A DNA stretch of 13,437 bases from Myxococcota bacterium (GTDB lineage Bacteria > Myxococcota > JACRCW01): the NCBI GenBank assembly GCA_040752415.1, contig JBFMGU010000284.1:1-13437 (forward strand). The letters are read 5' to 3'. Shown here piece by piece: positions 1-9,517 of the stretch (its first letter is position 1; every line of letters begins with the position of its first letter). Below the pieces are notes generated by a model, which was not told the origin of the DNA, made no database searches, and worked only from the letters and a program-made list of their open reading frames with translations. Both the position numbers and the translations under genes were made by a program.

Positions 1-1
1 G

Positions 2-310
2 CCCAATCCGCCGCCGCGTCGAGCGCCGGGCAAGCAAAAGGCGCAGGAGCACGTGGAGGCTGGCAACCGCGCTCTGCTCACGGGCAACTTCAGTGAGGCC
101 GTGGCGCAGATGCAGCGCGCGCTGGACGCGGACCCGGGCAACCTGGACGCGATGATTGGTCTTGGAATCGCCTCGGTGCGCGTGGGCAAGCCTTGCGACG
201 GGCTGAAGTACTATCGCCGCGCGCGCGACACGAGCCCCAACTCGCCCAAGGTGGACCGCGTGAAGTCGCTCATCAAGGACCTGGAACGCGAGCACCCCGA
301 CTGCAAGTAG
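2..310 (+). CDS. TPR-repeat protein, C-terminal fragment (5' truncated by window edge)
   Basis: Frame is open from position 2 (PNPPPRRAPGKQKAQEHVEAGNRALL...), so GTG 53 is probably internal. A Pro-rich linker precedes two TPR-like units (AGNRALLTGNFSEAVAQMQRALDADPGN / AMIGLGIASVRVGKPCDGLKYYRRARDTSPNS). Stop TAG at 308-310. Confidence 0.8.
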   Translation, partial: PNPPPRRAPGKQKAQEHVEAGNRALLTGNFSEAVAQMQRALDADPGNLDAMIGLGIASVRVGKPCDGLKYYRRARDTSPNSPKVDRVKSLIKDLEREHPDCK

Positions 311-320
311 CGTCGGGAAC

Positions 321-806
321 TCACCCCGCCATCACACCGGCATCCGGCACCGCCAAAGGAAGACACGCGCTGTCACGACACACGTGGTCGGTGGGACACT
401 GCGTGTCCGTGCTGCAACGCGCGTAGCAGGCGCCGTTGGCGCAGTGCTGGTCCGGTCCGCACTCCGCATCCGCCCGACACTCCCCACCCGACGTCACTGG
501 GGCCACCCCCGCCGGATCCGGGAATGATCCTTCCGTGCTCTCCGCCGGTGCGGCAACGCTCTCGCCCCCGGCGCTGCGCGCGCGCCCCGCGCACCGCCCA
601 TCCCTGCCGCAGCGCTCCCCGGAGCCACAATCTCCGTCGTGGACGCACTCCTGGTCCGCGTGCACGCACCAGCCGGAAGGCGTGCAGACGTCATCACCCG
701 CGCACTCGTCGCTGACGGTGCACGCTGCGCGTTCTGGCATTCCCAGCTCCAGCCGGCATCCGCCCACCGCCACCAGCGCACCCACGCACCACGTCGCCCA
801 GCGCAT
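321..806 (-). CDS. Cysteine-rich repeat lipoprotein (4 x C-x5-C-x5-C-x4/5-C; Dickkopf-N-like/myxobacterial disulfide repeats), 161 aa
   Basis: Start re-called at ATG 806 with GGAGG upstream (atGGAGGcgaggATG). N-terminus MRWATWCVGALVAVGG-C resembles a lipoprotein signal. Four regular Cys repeats follow. Confidence 0.8.
   Translation of the reverse strand: MRWATWCVGALVAVGGCRLELGMPERAACTVSDECAGDDVCTPSGWCVHADQECVHDGDCGSGERCGRDGRCAGRARSAGGESVAAPAESTEGSFPDPAGVAPVTSGGECRADAECGPDQHCANGACYARCSTDTQCPTDHVCRDSACLPLAVPDAGVMAG
363..722 (-). repeat. Four 18-19 aa Cys repeats in two pairs (666-722, 591-647; 426-479, 363-416) separated by an A/P/S/G-rich linker
   Basis: CTVSDECAGDDVCTPSGWC, CVHDGDCGSGERCGRDGRC, CRADAECGPDQHCANGAC, CSTDTQCPTDHVCRDSAC read directly from the translation. 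Confidence 0.9.
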
Positions 807-833
807 CCTCGCCTCCATCCATGCACACAGGTC

Positions 834-851
834 TTGCGCCTTCCGTGCCAG
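834..851 (-). promoter_or_regulatory. Putative sigma54 (RpoN) -24/-12 promoter for the Cys-rich lipoprotein
   Basis: Minus strand reads CTGGCACGGAAGGCGCAA: perfect TGGCACG -24 box, GG (849-848) and GC (837-836) exactly 10 nt apart. Predicted start ~824, just upstream of the RBS and ATG 806. The TT usually preceding GC is absent. Confidence 0.7.
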
Positions 852-855
852 CGCC

Positions 856-885
856 TTGACGCGCCGCCACGACGGCGTCCACGCT
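856..885 (+). promoter_or_regulatory. Possible sigma70-type promoter for the Omp85 operon
   Basis: TTGACG (856-861), 18-nt spacer, CACGCT (880-885), 15 nt upstream of ATG 901. The -10 match is weak. Confidence 0.3.
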
Positions 886-900
886 GGCCAGCAGGTCTGC

Positions 901-2403
901 ATGACGTCCTTGTCCGCCCTCCTGACCATTCTGTTGGCGTTGTCCCCCGAGGGGTCCGCGCCCGTGGAGGAGGAGCCTGATCCCGTTGAGACCGTGGAGA
1001 AGCTGGACGAGGAAACCGCGCCGCCGGCGCGAGGGTTCCGGGTCACGCAGCTCAACCCCGGCGACGAGGAATACGAAGAGACCGTCGACGAGGAACGCGC
1101 GCAGGTGGCCACGGAGGCGCCGCGTTACGTGGTGGAGCGCGTGGACGTGCGGGGCAACTGGCGCACCGCGGAAGGCCTCATCCGCAGCCGCGTGGACATC
1201 AAGCCGGGTGAGGTTCTCGACGAGGAACGGCTTGCCATCAGTCGCCTGAGGCTGCTGGCCACCGGGTACTTCAAGGCGGTGGCGGCGCGGTTGGAGCGCG
1301 GCAGCGCACGCGGGCGTGTCGTCGTGGTGATTGAGGTGGAGGAGCGCATCCCCATTCCGGTGGTGGAGGGCCTCTACCTCGGGTTCAGCCAGGTGACGCC
1401 CATCTTCGCGGGGCTGGCGCTCGTCGACAACAACTTCTTCGGGCGCGGGGTGATCGTGGGATTTGGTGGCGTGGTCTCACCGCGGCAGCAGGCCTTCCGT
1501 GCGCGCGTGGTGGACCCGGCCATCCTGTACAGCAACGTCGGCGCGCGGGCGCGGTTGGTGCTCACCAATGGCCTCGAGCCCATTGCGCTTGGCAGCAGCG
1601 CCACGGCGGGTGGAACGCTGCAGTACCGACGTCTCGGCGGCAGCCTGGGCGCCATGCTCACCGAAGGCTGGGTGGGCCGCTTTGCGATGGATTACCGCTT
1701 CGAGCTGCTCTGGGGCGACCTCTCGCTGGTCCCCGGCGCCGCACGACCTCCACGGTTGCTGCCCGGTTGGAGCCGTTTGTCGACGGTGACGCTGTCCTTT
1801 GAGCGCGACACCCGCGACCGCTCCTTCGTCCCCACCGAGGGGACCGCGCTGCGCTTCTCCGCCGAGGGCAGCGCCGCGATGATCCTCAGCGAGTACGAGT
1901 ACGCGAAGTTCCGCGCCGGCTTTGACGGGCAGATTCCCATCAAGCGCATCCACCGCTGGCTCGGTGAGCACGCGCTTAGTGTGCGCATTGAAGGCGGATA
2001 CATCCAACAGGGCCTGCCGGTGCAGGGGGAGAGCGGCGCCCCGTTCTTCGACGAGTTCTACGTCGGCGACACGAGCTACTTCCGCTACCAGCGCAACAGC
2101 CTGCCGCGACAGGTGGGGGTCAACTTCGCCCCGTTCAACGAGTATGGCGACGTCCTCATCAGCATGGGCAGCGAATACGACTTCCCGCTGTGGACCGAGG
2201 GGCGCATCTTCCACCGCGCGTACCTGTATGCCGCCGTCGACGTCACGGAGGTTACCCGCGCGCGGGACGTGGCGGCGCGACGCGTGCGTGGTCGGCTTTT
2301 CCTGGATCATTTCACGCCCACGTTCGATGTCGGTCTGAAGCTCGACACCAGCATCGGTGTCTTCACGTTCAGCGGTAGCTACGCGGTGGATCTGGTTCTG
2401 TGA
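901..2403 (+). CDS. Omp85 (BamA/TamA superfamily) outer-membrane protein with a single POTRA domain, 500 aa
   Basis: Start re-called at ATG 901 (signal peptide MTSLSALLTILLALSP), then an acidic linker. POTRA-like VERVDVRGNWRTAEGLIRSRVDIKPGEVLDEERL...LLATGYFKAV...VVIEVEER (1126-1347). Barrel hallmarks DNNFFGRG, ERDTRDRSFVPTEG, GLKLDTSIG. Confidence 0.85.
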   Translation: MTSLSALLTILLALSPEGSAPVEEEPDPVETVEKLDEETAPPARGFRVTQLNPGDEEYEETVDEERAQVATEAPRYVVERVDVRGNWRTAEGLIRSRVDIKPGEVLDEERLAISRLRLLATGYFKAVAARLERGSARGRVVVVIEVEERIPIPVVEGLYLGFSQVTPIFAGLALVDNNFFGRGVIVGFGGVVSPRQQAFRARVVDPAILYSNVGARARLVLTNGLEPIALGSSATAGGTLQYRRLGGSLGAMLTEGWVGRFAMDYRFELLWGDLSLVPGAARPPRLLPGWSRLSTVTLSFERDTRDRSFVPTEGTALRFSAEGSAAMILSEYEYAKFRAGFDGQIPIKRIHRWLGEHALSVRIEGGYIQQGLPVQGESGAPFFDEFYVGDTSYFRYQRNSLPRQVGVNFAPFNEYGDVLISMGSEYDFPLWTEGRIFHRAYLYAAVDVTEVTRARDVAARRVRGRLFLDHFTPTFDVGLKLDTSIGVFTFSGSYAVDLVL

Positions 2404-3041
2404 TGCGCGCCGCTGCCGTCGTCATCAGCCTGATGCTGACCCTGCCCGCGGCCGACGCCACGCTGGTGACGGTGGAGGCGAGGTCCGAGAAAGGGCTCCT
2501 CACACTTGCCGTTCCCACGCCCGGAACGTTGACGCCGAAGCTCGCAGGAAAGCTCAAGGACGGCCTGAAGCACATCGTCCGCTATTCGCTCTCATTGCGC
2601 CCTGAGAACGACCCGACGGTCCTCTTGCACGAGGAGTTGACGACGGAGGTCCTGTGGGAGCTGTGGGATGAGGCGTTCTTCATCAGCCACAGCGAGGCTG
2701 GACTCTTGCGTCGGTCCCGGGTGAGGACGGCGGACAAAGTCCGCGGCATCCTGGAGCGGCCCCAGTTCCACACCGCGTTTCCGGTAACAGGCCTTGAGCC
2801 GGCGCGTCGTTATGTCGTTGACGTCACTGTGGAGGTTGACCCCGTCAGTGAGGAGGTCAAGGAGCGGGTGCGCAAGATGCTGGTGCCGCCCCCCGGGGAC
2901 GCCGACACAAGCCCGGGGCGCTCCTTCCTGGGCAACGTGATCCAGCTCTTCATCAAGGATGATTCGTCCTCGTCGTCGGGGAGCGCGGCTCTGACGTTCC
3001 GCAGCCAGCCCTTCTTGAGACCCGGAGGAGGTGCGCCGTGA
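2403..3041 (+). CDS. Periplasmic protein, DUF4390-like, 212 aa
   Basis: TGATG stop/start overlap with the Omp85 gene. Signal peptide MRAAAVVISLMLTLPAADA. Pattern KLKDGLKHIVRYSLSL...EVLWELWDEAFFI...LEPARRYVVDVTVEVDP resembles DUF4390, and the position upstream of an NtrY-like kinase fits. Family call is by recognition only. Confidence 0.65.
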   Translation: MRAAAVVISLMLTLPAADATLVTVEARSEKGLLTLAVPTPGTLTPKLAGKLKDGLKHIVRYSLSLRPENDPTVLLHEELTTEVLWELWDEAFFISHSEAGLLRRSRVRTADKVRGILERPQFHTAFPVTGLEPARRYVVDVTVEVDPVSEEVKERVRKMLVPPPGDADTSPGRSFLGNVIQLFIKDDSSSSSGSAALTFRSQPFLRPGGGAP

Positions 3042-4609
3042 GGTTGCTGGGCCCCGGCGCGTTCTCCCTGTTCCGCACGCGCGTGGCGCGGCGCATGATC
3101 CTGGCGCTGATCCTCGCCGCCATCCTGCCGCTGATTGCGGCGCTGGGTGTGGCCTTTGCGCTGCTGGAGTTCTCCATTGGCGTGGGCATCAACCAGACCG
3201 TGCAGGAAGCCCTCGACGACGATCTCCCGCTCTACGGCGCGTTGTTCGACGCCAAGAAGTCCGAGTACCGCGCCGCGGCACGGATGTTGGCGCAGCGAAT
3301 CACGGAGCATCCTGACGTCGAGCTGAACACGTTGTTGCGCGAGCATCCCGAGCTGGGCCGGTTGACCATCGAGAAGACACCGGCGCAGCCGAAGAAGCCC
3401 GTCGACGACGAGGAAGAGGTCCGCGGTGACGTGGTCCAGTCCATCCAGCCGGAAAGCGTACCGCCCGGGAGGCCGTTCGCCGTGGTGGTGCCGCTCGACG
3501 AGAAACGCGTGTTGCGCGCGGAATTCCACCTGCCTCCGCGGTTTGATTCGGGCCTGGCCCGTGCCCGTGAGCTCGCCGAGTCCTACGCGGCCATCAGTCG
3601 GGCACGCGGCGCGATCACGCGCGGTCTCTTGCTGACCTTCCTCGCCATCATGCTCTTCGTGTTGCTCGGTGCCGCGGTGCTCGCCGGGCTCATTGCCCGC
3701 AGCATCACGCGGAAGGTTGCCCTGCTCGCCGACGCAACGAGGGCGGCCGCGAGCGGAAACCTGGGTGTTCGCGTCGAGGAGCACTGGCAGGACGAGCTGG
3801 GGGACCTGGCGCGCGCGTTCAACCGCATGCTCGCCGAGATCGCAGAGAGCCGTGACCGCATCGTGTACCTCGAGAAGATCAGCGGTTGGCAGGAGGTTGC
3901 GCGTCGGCTGGCGCACGAGATCAAGAACCCGCTCACGCCGATTGTCCTCGCCGTGCAGGAGATTGCCGAGAAGGTCCCGCAGGAGCCGGCCAGCTTTGCG
4001 CGGCTGGTGAAGACGGCGCGGGAGGTGGTGGAGGAAGAGGCCAGCACGCTGCGACGCCTGGTGCAGGAGTTCAGCGAGTTTGCCCGTCTCCCCGACGTGC
4101 GCACCGAGCCCACCGAGCTGGTCGCCTTTGTTCGCGAGTACCACGACGTGGCGCGCGACGTTCACGCCGTGGCCGAGCTCACGGTGGAGACGCAGGATTC
4201 CACGCTGTGGACGTTGCTGGACCGCGCGCTGTTCCGTCGGGTGCTGCAGAACCTCGTCGAGAATGGCGTGGAAGCGCAGGGCATGCGTTTGGGTCCCAAC
4301 GCGGGGGCCATCTCCACGCCGCCCATGCGTCGACCGAAGGTGGTGGTGCGTCTATCACGCGCGCCCGGCGGCTGGATTGCCCTGGACGTCCACGACGCGG
4401 GCCCCGGCGTTCCCCCCGAGGACCGCGTCCGCATCTTCGAGCCGTACATCACCAGCAAGGCGCACGGGACAGGATTGGGCCTCGCCATCGTGAAGAAGAT
4501 CGTGCTCCAGCACGGCGGGACCATTGGCGTGACGAGGAGCCCCGAGGGTGGCGCGTGTTTCCAGGTGCGACTCCCGGTGCTGGATTCTCCGCCTATTCTC
4601 CAAACCTGA
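3038..4609 (+). CDS. Membrane sensor histidine kinase, NtrY-like (TM-periplasmic-TM-HAMP-HisKA-HATPase), 523 aa
   Basis: GTGA overlap with the upstream stop. Two hydrophobic segments; HAMP (ASGNLGVRVEEHWQDELGDLARAFNRM); H-box WQEVARRLAHEIKNPLTPI; N-box QNLVENG; DAGPGVP, IFEPYITSK, GTGLGLAIV boxes. Confidence 0.95.
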   Translation: MRLLGPGAFSLFRTRVARRMILALILAAILPLIAALGVAFALLEFSIGVGINQTVQEALDDDLPLYGALFDAKKSEYRAAARMLAQRITEHPDVELNTLLREHPELGRLTIEKTPAQPKKPVDDEEEVRGDVVQSIQPESVPPGRPFAVVVPLDEKRVLRAEFHLPPRFDSGLARARELAESYAAISRARGAITRGLLLTFLAIMLFVLLGAAVLAGLIARSITRKVALLADATRAAASGNLGVRVEEHWQDELGDLARAFNRMLAEIAESRDRIVYLEKISGWQEVARRLAHEIKNPLTPIVLAVQEIAEKVPQEPASFARLVKTAREVVEEEASTLRRLVQEFSEFARLPDVRTEPTELVAFVREYHDVARDVHAVAELTVETQDSTLWTLLDRALFRRVLQNLVENGVEAQGMRLGPNAGAISTPPMRRPKVVVRLSRAPGGWIALDVHDAGPGVPPEDRVRIFEPYITSKAHGTGLGLAIVKKIVLQHGGTIGVTRSPEGGACFQVRLPVLDSPPILQT

Positions 4610-6110
4610 TGCCCTGGGCCAGCGGCAGGTCCGTTCCCCAGTTCAGCGTATTCGTCTGTCGACGCATGTACGCCTTCCACGCGTCGGAGCCGGCCTCTCG
4701 ACCACCACCGGTGTCCTTCTCTCCGCCAAACGCACCGCCAATCTCCGCGCCGCTGGTGCCCAGGTTCACGTTGGCAATGCCGCAGTCGCTCCCGCCGGAC
4801 GAGAGGAAGCGTTCCGCGTGGCGCATGCTGTTGGTGAAGAGCGCGGAGGAAAGGCCCTGGGGGACGTCGTTGTGGAGGGCCAGCGCCTCGTCGAGCGAGT
4901 CCACGGTCAGCAGGTGCAGCACCGGCGCGAAGATCTCCTCCTTGAGGATCTCCATGCCCTTGTGGGAGCGCACCAGCGTCGGCGCGACGAAGTTGCCGCG
5001 GATGCGCGTGCCGCCGTGCAGGATTTCGCCGCCTTGCGCACGGATCACGTCCAGGGCGCGGAGCATGCGTTGCACCGCGTCCTCGTCGATGAGCGGCCCC
5101 ATCAACGTGCCCGGCTCCCACGGATTCCCCACGGTGATCTGCCTGTACGCGTGCAACAGGCGCTCGGTGAGCTTCGTGGCAATGGAGCGGTGCATGATCA
5201 CCCGCCGCGTCGACGTGCAGCGCTGACCGGCGGTTCCCACCGCACCGAAGAGGACGGCGCGCAGGGCCAGCTCGAGATCCGCGTCGTCCATCACGATGAC
5301 GCCGTTGTTGCCACCGAGCTCCAGCAGCGTGCGGCCCAGGCGCCGACCAACCACCTCGGCCACGTGGCGTCCCATCGCGGTGCTTCCCGTCGCGGAGACC
5401 AGGGGAATGCGGCGGTCCTGCAACATGGGCTCACCCACGTCGTCATCCGGGCCAATGAGCAGCGTGCAGAAGGGCGGCGCGCCGTGCTCGCGCAGCACGT
5501 TGTTGACGATGTGTTGGCACGCCAACGCGGTGAGCGGCGCCTTGCGTGAGGGCTTCCAGATCATCGCGTTGCCGCACACCGCGGCGATCATCGCGTTCCA
5601 GGCCCACACCGCGGCCGGGAAGTTGAACGCGGTGATGATCCCGACGACCCCGAGCGGATGCCACTGCTCATACATGCGGTGATGCGGCCGCTCACTGTGC
5701 ATGGTCTGCCCGCAGAGCTGACGGGACAGGCCCACGGCAAAGTCGGCGATGTCGATGATCTCCTGCACCTCACCTTCGCCCTCCGGGAGGATCTTCCCCA
5801 CCTCCAACGTCACCAGCGCGCCCAGCGCCTTCTTGTGCCGTCGGAACGCGTCGCCCACCGCCCGCACCACCTCCCCACGACGCGGCGCCGGCACCTCCCG
5901 CCAGCGCTGGAATACCGCCTGTGACGTCGTCACGGCGCGCTCATGGTCCTCGCGGGTGGCTTGGCGGATGGTGGCCAGGACCTCACCGGTGCTGGGGTTG
6001 CGGCTCTCGAGCACCGGGCCGCGACACGTCAGCCACTCACCGACGTAAGCGCCCGGATTCTCCGGCCGGATGGAAAGCTCTTCCAGGACACTCCGAGGAT
6101 CCACCGTCAT
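4593..6110 (-). CDS. amaB: Aldehyde dehydrogenase, ALDH7 family (L-piperideine-6-carboxylate / alpha-aminoadipate semialdehyde dehydrogenase), 505 aa
   Basis: Start re-called at ATG 6110 (GGAGG upstream). ITAFNFP, WKPS, TGST, LELGGNN, catalytic GTAGQRCT, EEIFAP, and the ALDH7-type tail GAEIGGAFGGEKDTGGGREAGSDAWKAYMRRQT. Confidence 0.9.
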   Translation of the reverse strand: MTVDPRSVLEELSIRPENPGAYVGEWLTCRGPVLESRNPSTGEVLATIRQATREDHERAVTTSQAVFQRWREVPAPRRGEVVRAVGDAFRRHKKALGALVTLEVGKILPEGEGEVQEIIDIADFAVGLSRQLCGQTMHSERPHHRMYEQWHPLGVVGIITAFNFPAAVWAWNAMIAAVCGNAMIWKPSRKAPLTALACQHIVNNVLREHGAPPFCTLLIGPDDDVGEPMLQDRRIPLVSATGSTAMGRHVAEVVGRRLGRTLLELGGNNGVIVMDDADLELALRAVLFGAVGTAGQRCTSTRRVIMHRSIATKLTERLLHAYRQITVGNPWEPGTLMGPLIDEDAVQRMLRALDVIRAQGGEILHGGTRIRGNFVAPTLVRSHKGMEILKEEIFAPVLHLLTVDSLDEALALHNDVPQGLSSALFTNSMRHAERFLSSGGSDCGIANVNLGTSGAEIGGAFGGEKDTGGGREAGSDAWKAYMRRQTNTLNWGTDLPLAQGIRFGE

Positions 6111-6152
6111 GGGACAACCTCCGCTAGAGTGGTGCTCATAACAGAAGGAACC

Positions 6153-6998
6153 ATGATGAAGCTTCAGCACGTGTCATTGGTGTTGGTGGTGATCCTCGGG
6201 GCCTGTTCCGACGGCGGGACCGATGAGAGCAGCTCGTCGTCCAGCACGTCGTCATCCTCGGGGGGCGGCGGCACCTCGTCGTCGTCAGGCGGTTCGTCGT
6301 CGTCGTCGTCGGGGACGCCGGGGACGGGGCCGTTTGCCTGCGTGGGCAGTGTCCAGCCCGTGGTCCCGAGCATGCCCACGGTGGTCAAGCTGTTCGAGTT
6401 CAAGGACTTTGGGACAGGGAACGCGCTGCAGGGCGTCAACGTGAAGCTCTGTCCCGTCGAGGACGACGCATGCGCGAGCCCGGTGGATGAAGGCACCACC
6501 AACGAGGAAGGGAAGGTGGGCCTGACCATTCCCGTCGGGACGGAGGGCTACCAGGGGTACCTGGAGCTGACGAGCTCGCAGATCATGCCCACGCTGTATT
6601 TCAACAACCGCCCCTGGGTGGACAACGCCGGCTTCTCCCTGGAGCTGCTCTCCCCGCAGTCCGTGGCGACGATCAACGCGCTCATTGGCGCGGAGCTGGA
6701 CCCCACCCGCGGTCACGTGGGCTTCAACGTCTACGACTGCGACAACGAGGGTGCCTCCGGCGTCTCCGCCAGCGTGGACACCTCCGACGAGAACAGCACG
6801 CAGAGCTACGTCTCCAACGGCTTCCCCACGACGAGCACGCAACAGACCGACAGCTCCGGCAAGGGCGGATGGGCCAACCTGCCGACGGGGCGCGCCACCA
6901 TCAGCTACGTGCAGAACGCCAGCAGCGTCACGGTGATCCAGCACCGCGTGCTCGTGAAGGCGGGCTACTTCGTCGCCGTCTCTTCGCGACCGCGCTGA
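6153..6998 (+). CDS. Lipoprotein with Ser/Gly linker and probable tandem beta-sandwich (carboxypeptidase-regulatory-like) domains, 281 aa
   Basis: ATG 6153 (or 6156) after AAGGAA. Lipobox ILGA-C. Poly-Ser linker, then two similar units (ALQGVNVKLC...GTTNEEGKVGL / GASGVSASV...QTDSSGKGGWANLPTG). Confidence 0.75.
   Translation: MMKLQHVSLVLVVILGACSDGGTDESSSSSSTSSSSGGGGTSSSSGGSSSSSSGTPGTGPFACVGSVQPVVPSMPTVVKLFEFKDFGTGNALQGVNVKLCPVEDDACASPVDEGTTNEEGKVGLTIPVGTEGYQGYLELTSSQIMPTLYFNNRPWVDNAGFSLELLSPQSVATINALIGAELDPTRGHVGFNVYDCDNEGASGVSASVDTSDENSTQSYVSNGFPTTSTQQTDSSGKGGWANLPTGRATISYVQNASSVTVIQHRVLVKAGYFVAVSSRPR
6225..6314 (+). repeat. Low-complexity Ser/Gly linker including a (TCG)6 run at 6294-6311
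   Basis: Encodes ESSSSSSTSSSSGGGGTSSSSGGSSSSSSG; the trinucleotide run is visible directly. Confidence 0.8.
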
Positions 6999-6999
6999 G

Positions 7000-8001
7000 T
7001 CACGGGACGAACATCTCCATCGTCGCCACCGCGCCAAAACCCTGCACCGTGGCCCCGCCGGGGACGTAGATGGCACTTCCCACCGCGGCCGCGCCCGTGC
7101 CGTGCCTCGGCGTGCGCATGACACGCAGGACGCGCCAGGAGTCGGTGGCGGGGTCGTAGGCCTCGGTGTCGTTGAAGATGCCCAGCGGGTCGGCGCTGTT
7201 CCCCTCGCCACCGAAGACGTAGATGACGCCGTCCAGCACCGCCGCGGCGGTTCCGGCTCGAGCGGTGGGGCCGGATGCGCGCTCACTCCACTGGCCCGTG
7301 CTCGTCGAGAAGGCGTCCACGCGCGCGGTCAACGGGCTGCGACCGCCCAGCGCATAGAACGTGTCACCCACCGCGCCACCGACGAGATGGTCGCGTGGCA
7401 CGGGCATGGGCGGCAGGATTTCCCAGGTGTTGGTGGCGGTATCGTAGCTGGAGAAGTCCGTCACCGAGCTGCCACGCAACCCACCCGCCACGTACACCTT
7501 GCTCCTGACGACCCCCACCGCCGACGAGCCTCGCTCCGTGCCCGCCGGCATGGGCGCGCGCGTGGTCCACATGTTGGCGGCGGGGTCGTATTCCAGCGTG
7601 ATTCCCGTGGCGCCAAAGTTCCCCCCGCCCAGGCACCCCACCACGTAGAGCCTTCCGTCGACGGCGGCGGCATTGCAGTGGTGCAGCGGCTCGGGAAGCG
7701 GGGCGATGGTGCGCCAGGTGTCGGTGGCGGGGTCGTAGGCTTCCACGTCCGCGACGACGGCATTGGCCTCATCAAAGCCGCCCACGACGTAGATCTCGCC
7801 CCCCAGCGCGGCCACCGCCGTTTCCTGGCGCGGGCCGTTGGCCATGTCCGCGCGCGGCACCCAACCGCCCTCATCACCCCCGGATGACGACGAGGATGAC
7901 GCCACGGCACCGCCGCTGGTGGAGCTGGAGGTGGTTGCGCTTCCGCCTCCGTCGGTGGTGCACGCTGCAAGGACCAGCACCGCGCAGATTCCCGCTCTCA
8001 T
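7000..8001 (-). CDS. Kelch-repeat (six-blade beta-propeller) lipoprotein, 333 aa
   Basis: Start re-called at ATG 8001 (GGAGG upstream). Lipobox VLAA-C, Ser/Thr/Gly linker, six Kelch units (IYVVGG, LYVVGC, VYVAGG, FYALGG, IYVFGG, IYVPGG) with YDP..xxW ends. Confidence 0.9.
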   Translation of the reverse strand: MRAGICAVLVLAACTTDGGGSATTSSSTSGGAVASSSSSSGGDEGGWVPRADMANGPRQETAVAALGGEIYVVGGFDEANAVVADVEAYDPATDTWRTIAPLPEPLHHCNAAAVDGRLYVVGCLGGGNFGATGITLEYDPAANMWTTRAPMPAGTERGSSAVGVVRSKVYVAGGLRGSSVTDFSSYDTATNTWEILPPMPVPRDHLVGGAVGDTFYALGGRSPLTARVDAFSTSTGQWSERASGPTARAGTAAAVLDGVIYVFGGEGNSADPLGIFNDTEAYDPATDSWRVLRVMRTPRHGTGAAAVGSAIYVPGGATVQGFGAVATMEMFVP

Positions 8002-8071
8002 GCCCAAGCCTCCCGAGTGACCACTGGCGTCGGGTTGACGGTGGGTCCATCCCGGCGCTTTCCTGCCGGCC

Positions 8072-9517
<1,446 letters not shown>

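Noticed and set aside
436..900. 155-aa N-terminal extension of the Omp85 ORF
   Set aside because: It is antisense to the Cys-rich gene and has low-complexity composition; a signal peptide begins at ATG 901.
884..901. CTGGCCAGCAGGTCTGCA as a plus-strand sigma54 promoter for Omp85
   Set aside because: GG-GC spacing is 11 nt and the implied start would lie inside the coding sequence.
807..1112. N-terminal extension of the 321..1112 minus ORF
   Set aside because: It overlaps the Omp85 gene; RBS, signal peptide and promoter all point to ATG 806.
2810..5549. Long alternative ORFs 2810..4165 (-), 3886..5226 (+), 4162..5121 (-), 4548..5549 (+)
   Set aside because: They overlap the well-supported kinase and ALDH genes and read as R/A/G-rich off-frame or antisense translations.
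6260..6311. G6 and (TCG)6 runs as phase-variation tracts
   Set aside because: The runs are short, triplet slippage keeps the frame, and Ser/Gly codons explain them.
8025..8039. TGGCGTCGGGTTGAC as a sigma54 promoter for the regulator
   Set aside because: No GC at 10 nt from the GG, so spacing and -12 element fail.
4593..8071. Mobile element or genomic island
   Set aside because: No integrase, transposase, terminal repeats or obvious compositional shift.
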